NCBI RefSeq assembly: GCF_026210795.1 | Contig: NC_089433.1 | Span: 3,844,001-3,908,000 of the forward strand | Source: Rhizophagus irregularis | Taxonomy: Eukaryota | DNA length: 64,000 nt | Reading direction: 5' to 3' | Part shown: piece after piece, positions 25,901 to 36,040 of the stretch | Layout: each line of letters opens with the position of its first letter | How positions within the stretch are numbered: position 1 is the stretch's first letter | The notes under the pieces: generated by a model | What the model was told of the DNA's origin: nothing | What the model saw: the letters and a program-made list of their open reading frames with translations, nothing else | Databases searched by the model: none | Position numbers and translations under genes: made by a program

Positions 25901-26046
25901 TTACTTACGAGCTAATATACGAGCTAATATAGTAAAATAATTTTTAGAAATAGTTTAAAAAATTTAAATTATATGTTTATAATTTACAAGCTAATTTTCT
26001 TACCTTCATCTTCTTTATCTTTCTCAATTTTTGAAACTAGTTTCAT
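19962..26046 (-). CDS. Tyrosine-kinase-like (pseudo)kinase with microexon-encoded N-terminal segment and long C-terminal coiled coil (predicted 970 aa)
   Basis: Exon 26046-26004 (MKLVSKIEKDKEDE+G), 33 microexons (25911-22889), exon 22799-22586 (FGTSG..WIPYDKF..KGGFGTLYKA..VILK), exon 22511-19962 (IYGFTKDP..MEY..IHYNFHNGNIL..PFIAPE..DIYSF..CW..RP, then Q/E/K/N/L heptads). The kinase exons are secure; the microexon chain is predicted. Confidence 0.8.
23170..25500 (-). repeat. Tandem array of ~80-107-bp units, each one intron plus one 3-nt microexon
   Basis: Minus-strand unit: GTAAGT or GTATGT...TTTAAACTAACTAAATTCTTTATTT...TAG|NNN|GT; about 24 near-identical copies. Confidence 0.9.
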
Positions 26047-26311
26047 TATATTGCAAATTTGGTTTGGAAAAATTTTAGAGCAATTTCAATTTGTATTAGA
26101 TATCTATATTCATGTTATATGCTTTTACCTTTATCGTTACTTTGAGACTTTCTGAACAAGAAATTGTTAGTCCAGGACATACTTTTACAATAAGATTATC
26201 AACAAGTACAAGAGATGTTAAAATTAATTGAAATTCTTTTTATTCGAGCATATATAGTTGTTTGTGTAGCACCAATTTTCAGCCAGATATATTTAATTAG
26301 GCGTTAGAGCG

Positions 26312-27421
26312 TAGTGCTTCGACCCGGATGAAAACCGTCATCCGGATTACACAAAAAAAAAATCCAGATTATATCCGGGTCGATCCGGATTTTAAATCCG
26401 GATCAGATAATCCGGATAGAAACCGGAAACCGGATTGGATTTTTTTTAATTGCGAGCTACGGAGATGCACAATAGCTCATTAGAATCGTCTCGTTGAGAC
26501 GGATCGAATGGCGCTAATTTCATCCTTATACAATCACTGGATGCCGAAATATTCAACAAAACATCAAAAATCGGCATTTTATATATTGCAAATTACGATA
26601 CTGCGCCATTTTATGTTTGTCGAATATCTCGGCAACCAGTGATCGTATAAAGATGCACAATAGCTCATTCGAATAGTTGCATCAAGACAAATCTAATGAG
26701 TTTTAGATCATCTTTCTACGTCCACTGGATGTCGAGATACTCAATAAAATGTCAAAATCTGCATTTTTCATTTCGCGATACTGTGCCATTTTACGGTTTT
26801 CTGAATATCTCAGTATAGAGTGATTGTAGAAAGATGAACTTAGTACCATTCGATTTGTTGCAACGAGACGATTCTAATGAGATATTATGCATCTCTGTAC
26901 GACCACTAGATGCCGAGATATTTAGCAAAATGTAAATGGCGCAGTATCACAAAAATGAGAAGTGCCGATGTTTGATGTTTTGTTGAATATCTCGACATCC
27001 AGTGGTCATAGAAAGATGATCTGAAGCTCATTAGATTCGTCTTGATGTAACTATTCGGATGAGCTATTGTACATCTCTATATGATAACTGGTTGCCGAGA
27101 TATTCGGCAAAACGTGAAATGGCGCAGTATCGTAAAATAAAAAATGCCGATTTTGACATTTGGTTGAATATCTCGGCATCCAGTGATTGTGTAAGGATGA
27201 AATTAGCGCCATTTGACCCGTCTCAATGAGACGATTTGAATGAGCTTTTATGCATCTCTGTAATCTGCATTTTTAAAAAAATCCAATCCGGATTCCGGTT
27301 TCTATCCGGGTTATGAGATACGGATTCACAATTTGGATCGATCCGGATATAATCCGGATATCCGAAAAAAAAAAAAAATTCGGATCAATCCGGATTGATC
27401 CGGATACGGGTCGAAGCACAA
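26312..27421. mobile_element. Non-autonomous hAT-type element with a long internal palindrome
   Basis: 8-bp TSD TTAGAGCG (26304-26311, 27422-27429); TIR TAGTGCTTCGACCCG / CGGGTCGAAGCACAA; many subterminal ATCCGGAT motifs; ~26410-27310 is an imperfect inverted repeat. Confidence 0.9.
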
Positions 27422-29400
27422 TTAGAGCGTCCGAAATGTTGATGGTATCACTAAATTATAATAATACAACTTTCTTGTTGATCATTAGCTATAAGAGTTA
27501 AGTACTTGTCTTTTTTTCACTTTTACATTTCTTTTGAGAGTATCAAGCGCCAGTACAATAGTGCTCTTTGCAAAATGTAAATTTTTTTATGAAGAAGGTG
27601 GGCATATGAAAAAAGTCTGATATTTTCGACCTTTGAAGGTGGAGGCGTGATGACGACGGCAACGTGGCGTAAGAAATATATATAGTGACACTTGTGACAT
27701 CCAATGGGTGGGTGTGACAAATAGATTTTCCACTACACCTACTTGCAGATCCTGAGAGATCCAAGGGAAAAGAGTTTTTATTGTAAGTTGCAACCACGAG
27801 ACTTTTCCGGAAGGATGGGCTATATTATTTATAGTTTTTAGTTTCTGTATTTTTTTTATTTTTTTTATAGTTATTAGATTTTTTTTTTGTTTTTTATCGA
27901 TACAGGCATATAATTATAGTTTAGTCTATCATCATATCCATTCGTACCGACCTTATTAAAATTTAATTATGTTTTTTTAAAGGTCAAATTACCTTATACT
28001 AATTACGTTATCATAATATAATAATGTCTTTATACAGTTCGTAGTATTGTCTTATTACTTGTTACAAAAAAAGAGCAAAGCGTTTAAAATGAGGAAACTT
28101 GGTTCGTCCAAAAAAATTTAACCATAACCTGAATTATTTATATTGTGAATTTTCGGAAAACAAAAAGAAAATTTAAAATATACTTTTTAAATGATTAATA
28201 TTTTCTTTCAATAAGTACTTTTATTAAAACGTCATACCTTGTGTGACGTAAAATTATTTGTGAAAAATCAGAAATGTCCTTTAAAGTAAGTTAGAATTTT
28301 TTTATTTTGCTTCTTTGATTTTCCTATAATAAGGTGCTTATTTTCTTATTTTAAGTAAAAAGATATGGATAATTGATAAAACAAAATTATTTTTTAATGT
28401 CAAATTCTTTTATTAATAGTAAAGATAATGGGAACGAAATCCAATGAGAAGCACATTTAGTTTATATACAGTACTTCAAAATAGCACTTTAAAAAAAAAT
28501 CTTAAAAATAATTTTTTTTTTTATTGTCCGGAGCGAAGCGAAGGACAATATATGTCTACGCACTATGAAAAAAAAATCGATCACGTGAGTTTCTCTGTCC
28601 GCCACGTGATCGTCACCCAATGAAATCGGCAAAATTTTAGTTTTCGTTCCGGACTTACAACGGTTCCCGTTTCCTAGTTGATATAAACTTATCTATATTG
28701 AGTTATTATTCCTTATTACTATCTTCTTTTTATAGTCTATTATGTTTTTTGTTTCAATTTCTTGTGCTTCTCTTTAAAATGGTTTGTGAAATTTTTCTGG
28801 TAAATCTTCGTTGATCAAATTTGCTGTTGTCGGTAAAGTTTCAACTTTCGACTTATTCATTATGTACATTATTAGCAGAAGAAACAAATCTTAGATTGAG
28901 AAATATTTTTTCATTTAATTATTTAATTGATTTCTTGCATAAATGGGGGACTTTCTTTTTTCTTGTTAATATAAATTTTAATAGATGTTACCTTGAGGAG
29001 TAACTGGACAAGTAGTTTCGTTAGACTAAGAAAATTGGAGAGGGAAATAAAGTTATTCATTGGAAGCAGCCTATTTAAATAGATGAACTTGAGAAGTAAG
29101 ACCGGTCAAATAAAATTTAGATCTTTGTAACATAAAATTTTTTAAAAAAATGTAAAGACCGGCTTTTATTTTATTTCGTAGAGAATATGGGAACTCTTTA
29201 TTTAATTCTGTTTACAATTACAGTATTAATAATAAATAAAATTAAATGAAAAAAAGAAAAAATGGATTAATTAGATTGATTGTAATTCGTGTGATTCGCA
29301 GGATCATTTCTTCTAATGTTTTCCTTATTTCGTGACTAAATATTTATCAGAGAAGATGAAAAATATTTAAAGAAAACTATTAAATAAAATATTAACAAAT

Positions 29401-29881
29401 TCATATATTTTTGAAATATCTTACTTGTCGAGTTTTGGTCGTATGCGACATTTTTCTTTTGGACATTTTTCTTTTTTCTTTCTGATCGTTATCTTTATGA
29501 TTTCTTGGTGTTGCGACTGTTGCGTGTTGATGATTACCATTATCTGAAATTCTACTATTGTTTTTTTCTTTTTCTATATCTTTTTTTCGATTTCTTATTT
29601 CAATATCTTCTAATAACTTGCCTATTTGACATTTTATTGATCCACTCCCCAGTCGAAATATTTTCATCTCTATTTTCATTATCTTTATTATTTATTTTAA
29701 TTTCAATTTGTCGAGGACTTATTTTTGGATTAATATAAATGTGTGTACCAGTCCCTTTCTCAATGGGTTTTAGATTACGTCCTTTACGACCAATCAATTT
29801 ACCAATTTCAACATGGTCGGAAATTTCAATAATGGTCAAAACAGTTGAATATCTGATGGAATTTTGCATTTTTGTTTCCAT
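29401..29881 (-). pseudogene. KH-domain protein, frameshifted copy
   Basis: IGKLIGRKGRNLKPIEKGTG (KH GxxG loop); 5-nt deletion (GCAAT) near 29633 relative to the + strand copy. Confidence 0.8.
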
Positions 29882-30299
29882 TTTTATGAAGAATTTAAAG
29901 ATGATATATTGTTGTATTTTTTATTATTATTAAAAATAAAGTAGGAAAAAATATGTATGATTTTTTTTTTTGATGAATTTTTTTGAAAAAGCAAACTCAA
30001 AAAGGGGAAGTATTTATATAATTTAGCAGTTTTGCAAATTTATAAACAAAAACACATCGTAAAAAACATTTTATTAATATAAAACCAATAAAATTTTTAT
30101 ATTGTTATTATTTTTAACAAAACCATTTTTTTTTAATTAACAAAGACAATTCATGAAAAAAAAATCTATTTTTAAATCATCTTTTATTATAAAAGGTAAT
30201 TGTTCTCTTTTCACAAAAAAGTGATAGCTTGTCTGGATCACCGGGTCTTGCGCCACAAATTGTGTTCACAACAATTTAAAGGACGATAGATGATTAGAT

Positions 30300-31196
30300 T
30301 TTTTTTTTTTTTTAGTAATGCGTTCATTAATTATGCTCGTTAAAAATTACATAATTACTAGAAAATAATATAAAAATATTACTCTCTATAAATAACCGAT
30401 CTATCTAAAATTTTGATAAATTTCTAAAAATAAAATATTGTTAATTTTCGAAAACTATCTTGTTAAAAAAAACATTACTAATCTAAAAGTTTTTTTGATT
30501 TTTCAATATTATCCTATCTTTTTGAAGATTTTCTCTAACAGAAAGGCATAAATTCGTTGATTAATACTAAAAATAAACATCTTAATCCTTGTAAAACAAC
30601 AAAATAAAAATGAAAAAAAAACAAACAAAACAAACCAAATTAAAAATAAGAAAACTTAAAACATTAAGAAAAAATTCATAAATCTACGCTCTTGACGGAA
30701 ATGTATCCAAAAAGGGGCAAAAATCTCTTATCGTCCTCCTGTAATCTTCAACCAATTCCAAACGTATATCTACAAAATTTTGATCTTAAATTTGTTAAAT
30801 TTATTGGGACAAATTTGTTTATTCGCTGTCAGAATCTTCCCTTCGTCCCTGCACTGTCACTATGCGTTTCTTATTTTTGTTAATCTTGTCTGTTTCTTTA
30901 CTTGATGTTCCTTCTTCATTTGAAATATCTTGCTTTGTTTTCAAATTATCCAATCGTTCTTTAAATTTGTTATTCATCATCTAGTTCTTCGTGTTCTTCT
31001 TTACTTCTTGGGATCGTAGAAAGGGACTTGGTAATGCATCTACAAAATTTTCACCTGTTGATGTTTTGTGTGTAGGTACATTAAATTATTGATTCCAGTC
31101 CTCTTTCTATATACTCCATCATTTCCAATCAATTCATCATGACTTTTCATTTATAATCCTTTTCCCATTTCCTCGTCCATTGTGGATCTATAAATT
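30300..31196 (-). mobile_element. 5'-truncated retroposed insertion (LINE 3' end or retrocopy)
   Basis: Exact 18-bp direct repeat GACGATAGATGATTAGAT at 30282-30299 and 31197-31214; T-run from 30300 is a minus-strand poly(A) tail; purine-rich decayed coding-like body. Confidence 0.75.
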
Positions 31197-32644
31197 GACG
31201 ATAGATGATTAGATGATGGTACAATATACGCTCACATCAACATTGGTGCATTTGGTGGTAATAACTCTCAGATAGGTAAAACAAAACTATAAAATTCATA
31301 CAACTTTCATACATTTAATTATGAAAGAATTTTGTAGTATTTATTATTATTTATTTTTATTATATAGATAGATACTATTATAAGGAATTTTTTAGAATGA
31401 TGATATGATACCTAATTTTATTTATCGAAATTAATTAGAACATATATTGTGTATTACCTATTAAGAATTTACAGTAGTTTTTATAATATTAAAAATCTAT
31501 CAGATTATGTCTTTGTTATCTAATTATTATGAAGAGCGTCACTATTTCATTATCTAGTACAAAAAAATTGACTAACAAGTAATAGCGAAATAATTATAAT
31601 ACGTAAAATACGAATCAATTTTAGCTTGTTAAATTTCTATGAATAAAAATATAAATTATTTAGAAATAATAATTATTGTAACTAAAAATCCAGAATTAGA
31701 AAAATAATAAATTCCTTTTTTTAAAAAAAAATTACTAAGGGCCATGCATCGCCGAGATGGAGAACCGAGATTGAACTTAAAATTAATGCAGTTAATTTCT
31801 AATTTAAAAATAAAATTAATGAAAGGTAGATAATTTTATAAGATATTTATGAAAGAATAGAAAAAAAAAGATAAGAATAAATGTCTTTTTGAAAGTAACG
31901 AAAATAAATTACAAGACTAATTAATTCTTGTAAACAAATATTTATAATAATTGAACATATTGAACACTTCAATTATTAATTTTTTATAGTAGTCGATAGT
32001 TAATAATGCAGTATTATTAATTTTTTATATAATAGTCGATAGTCAATAACGCAGACGTAGTACGAGATAGGGAGAATTTCTTTTTTTTTTTTGATAATTG
32101 ATAACAAAAGCGTTTGTTAATGACACAATTTGTGGCGCAAGACATGATGATCCGGACAAAAGTATCCAGCTATCCCTTTTTTGTGATAGTCTTGACCATC
32201 AGTTATATTATCGCACGAAAATCTTTATAACAATGACGGTTTTTTTTTCATGCTTAAAAGTGAATGATTTACCTTTTATAATAAAAACATAAACATGTTT
32301 TAAAAATAGTTATTGAGAAAATCATCGTTTTTTCATGATTCGTCATCAAAACCATTGTCTTTGTTAATTAAAAAAAATGGCTTTGTTAAAGATAAAAATA
32401 AATAAAAAACTTTTGTTGGTTTTATGTTAATGGAATATGTTTTTGTTGCAATTTGCGATGTATTTTTTTTTTGCTTGTAATTTGCAATAATTGCTAAATT
32501 ATAAATACTCTCCATTTTTTTTAGTTCTCATTTTTCAAAAAAAAAAAAAAACATTAAAAAAATCATATATTTCTCTTCCTCTTTTTTTTTTTTAAAAAAA
32601 AAAAAAATACATAATAATATATCATCTTTAAATTCTTCATAAAT

Positions 32645-33130
32645 ATGGAAAAGCAAATGCAAGATTCCATCAGATACTCAACTGTTTTGACCATTATTGA
32701 AATTTCCGACCATGTTGAAATTGGTAAATTGATTGGTCGTAATGGACGTAACCTAAAACCCATTGAGAAAGGGACTGGTACCCACATTTACATTAATACA
32801 AAAAAAAGTCCTCAACAAATTGAAATTAAAATAAATAATAAAGATAATGAAGATAGAGATGAAAATATTTCGACTGGGGAGAGGATCAATAAAGCAATAT
32901 GTCAAATAGACAAGTTATTAGAAGATATTGAAATAAGAAATCGAAGAAAAGATATAGAAAAAGAGAAAAACAATAGTAGAATTTCAGATAATGGTAATCA
33001 TCAACACGCAACAGTCGCAACACCAAGAAATCATAAAGATAACGATCAGAAGGAAAAAAGAAAAAGGTCCAAAAGAAAAATGCCGAATACGACCAAAACA
33101 CGACAAGTAAGATATTTCAAAAATATATAA
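32645..33130 (+). CDS. Single KH-domain protein with basic C-terminal tail (161 aa)
   Basis: IEISDHVEIGKLIGRNGRNLKPIEKGTGTHIYI (KH motif); open ATG-to-stop frame; K/R-rich tail. Confidence 0.75.
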   Translation: MEKQMQDSIRYSTVLTIIEISDHVEIGKLIGRNGRNLKPIEKGTGTHIYINTKKSPQQIEIKINNKDNEDRDENISTGERINKAICQIDKLLEDIEIRNRRKDIEKEKNNSRISDNGNHQHATVATPRNHKDNDQKEKRKRSKRKMPNTTKTRQVRYFKNI

Positions 33131-35099
33131 ATTTATTAATATTTTATTTAATAAATTTTTTTTCTAATATAAAATATTTTTCATCCTCTCCAATAAATAT
33201 TTAGTCACAAAATAAGGAAAATGTTAAAAGAAATTCTCCTGTAAACCGCATTAATTACAATCAATCCAATTAATCATATTTTTCCTTTGTTTTAATTTTT
33301 ATTATCAATTATGTATTTTTTTCATATTATTATCACTCAATTATGCATTTAGTTTTTATTATAGATTATACATTTTTTTGATTATATGAAATAAAATTTA
33401 TTATTATATAAACAATAAAGTTTTTTTTTTAAAAAAAAAAAAAGATTTCCCAATTCTTTCACAAACCATAAAGTAAAATTCTTCTTAATCAAAATAAAAT
33501 AATATTAAAAAATCAAAATCAAAAAGTCTAATTTTTTTTGCATTAAAAAGTTATCTAATCTAATATTGTAATACGCATATTTGGATATATACATAATTAT
33601 TGACCGAAACCATTATTTAAGTAAATGGGAGCAAATAAAAAATTTTTTTTTTTAAAAAAAAGATTTAAGGATTGTATATAAATGAACTATATAAACAGAT
33701 GGGTTTTTCGAATCTGATACAAATTCCTGCATACATACGTAAGGGATTTGTGTTGTCTATTGTCTATTGTTCTCACCATAGCTAGACTTTTTAATGTTAC
33801 AAAGTTAAGATGCATTTTTCACGCCCGGAACAAACGATTTTTTTTTTACGGAAGAAAGAAAAATTTAAACTTTTAAATTAATTGTCCTTGGCTACGCTCA
33901 GCGGCTCAGGACACTATAGTACTATGCAAAGTACAACCGCGCAATACACCAATCATTATTACTAATTATTTGATCACGTTAAACTGTTATATTCACGTTT
34001 TCAGTCATCTTAGTTTGATATAATATATATAAATTATTTATTTATTATAATAATATTGGCGTTTTGAATTTGAGTTTGTAATTAAATCTTACATAATGTT
34101 AATCAAGTCCAAAATATAAATAAGTTCATCTATGTCCGTGAAAATCCCTTTTGGAAATAATATATAGAAAATGATGATGGAACAATAAGAAAAAATGTAT
34201 TAATAAAAAATAGTATTTATAAAGATTGAAGTTAACAAATGAATTTATTTATATTAGTTATGTAGTAATTATGTTCATCTAAGTTAAAAAATTTCTTGTT
34301 TAAATTTTTCATATACGAGAAATTTTTAGTAAATTAATATCTTCTTCTATTAAAATCATGACGCAAAATCTCCACCAAATTTCTTCAACCATCAATACAT
34401 TAATCATTTCCAATCATCTAAATCATATAGCTCTGCCTACAGGCTACAACGTTTATCTGATGGATTAGTAAATCTTCAGGTTTGATAGGTAAAATGGTGA
34501 CAAAGGTTAAAATTAACTGGGTCTACATGGATCCGTCACAGGCAGAAAGAAGTTAAAGGAGGAATTTGTGGTGACAAATTTGTCTCACGGGGAAAGGTTT
34601 GTAGTACGGGGCAAATCATTCAACACCACCTCAACAGCCACCAATACCTTCATCATCGGAAACTCCACCATCACCAACATCACCAACATCACATCATCGC
34701 CAATACCTTTACTTAGAATATAACCAATACATTTCCAATTTCGGTGTAAAATTATACGTATTAATTTAATCATATTAAATAAAAAATTCCTTTATATTTG
34801 CTGATCTTAAATAAACGCATACCGGTGAAATTAGTGTTTTAGGCGAAACTAGTCTCGATATACAAAACGTTTCCAAATTAGGTTTCTGATTTTTGAAAAT
34901 AGTTTCCAATTAAGTTCATTAAAAAAATGAATGATATTATTCTCATCTGTCAAACAAATTTGGTATCATTAATGGGTCAACAAAATTAAACGCATATTAA
35001 TCAATGTATTAAAATCAAATAAATTGTGAAATACTATTTATTTATTAGTATTAAGCATAGAAATCAAATCAACACAAAAATTATATTTGCTATAATATC

Positions 35100-36040
35100 G
35101 TCGTCAAATACTGCGCCTAATTTTCGGTGTATATGAACAACAAGTCCTATCTACGACGGGAAGAGTTTGAGGAAAGAGCGTTAAGAAATATTAAGTACTT
35201 TATAAATAAAAATTTTAAAAATGTCAAGAGGATGTCTCCACGTAAATTGACTAACGATTTTTTACCATACGACAAATACAACTCAGTATGTGAAGATATA
35301 CTGTATGTAGAACACTAGGTTCAAGGAAAAAGTTAATGGAGATAATTATAAGGAGACTATGTGTAGAGTATAGAAAACGATATAGAAAGAATGGGAAAGT
35401 AAACTCGCTGGCTGCGGAAGGCTCGAGAATGATACAAATGGCTCGTTTATAAATAAGTACCTGATGTTGACAAGAATCTGATGGAAATGAGATTGATGAA
35501 AAATATGGTTATTATGATTTTATCCTCTCGAAACTTATATATAGAGGGAAAGATGGATCATTTAGAGACGAGGAAAGTTTGAGTAAGGCGATTGCGGATT
35601 CAATAAAGAAGGAAGGACCCGATGGAGTTTGGATAATTCCATCAAGAAAAAGTAAAGATTTAATAACTTTATTAATAGGGAAAAAATAAAACTGGAAAAA
35701 ATAGAAATATTGGAAGAGCTTACCGAAGATGCAGTGTTTGACACGGTGAATAAATATAGGCAAGGAATCTTGCAGATCTACAGAGAAACAGATAGATTTG
35801 GATTCAGATACCATTGATTAGTTAAACAACAAGGTAAAAGCAGGTCAGCCCATTTTGGAAGCCACATCTTCCTCAAATAATTTGATTACAACGAATAAGA
35901 AGACAATAAAAGGGAACAAGAAACCGACGAGGAAGAATTTTGAGAATATACAAAGGTTAATGAAGATTGTACAACGAGAATCATGAGACTTCGCAACCAT
36001 CTGACTAGAAGCATTCATAATAAACATAATAAATAAATCT
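35100..36040 (+). mobile_element. Decayed coding-like sequence, possibly a retroelement fragment
   Basis: Purine-rich, higher-GC stretch with broken frames ending in an A-rich tail; no diagnostic motif recognised. Confidence 0.25.

Larger units (their letters stand above)
28512..33920 (+). mobile_element. Possible Helentron/Helitron2-like element ends enclosing cargo
   Basis: Left end: T-run + TATTGTCCGGAGCGAAGCGAAGGACAATA (28522-28550). Right end: ATTGTCCTTGGCTACGCTC...AGGACACTATAGT (33881-33920), its imperfect reverse complement. Family assignment is inferred. Confidence 0.4.

Noticed and set aside
25988..26003. Extra AG|CTT|GT microexon right after exon 1
   Set aside because: The preceding intron would be only 13 nt, too short to splice.
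27523..27797. Three overlapping short ORFs
   Set aside because: No recognisable domain; probably decayed sequence.
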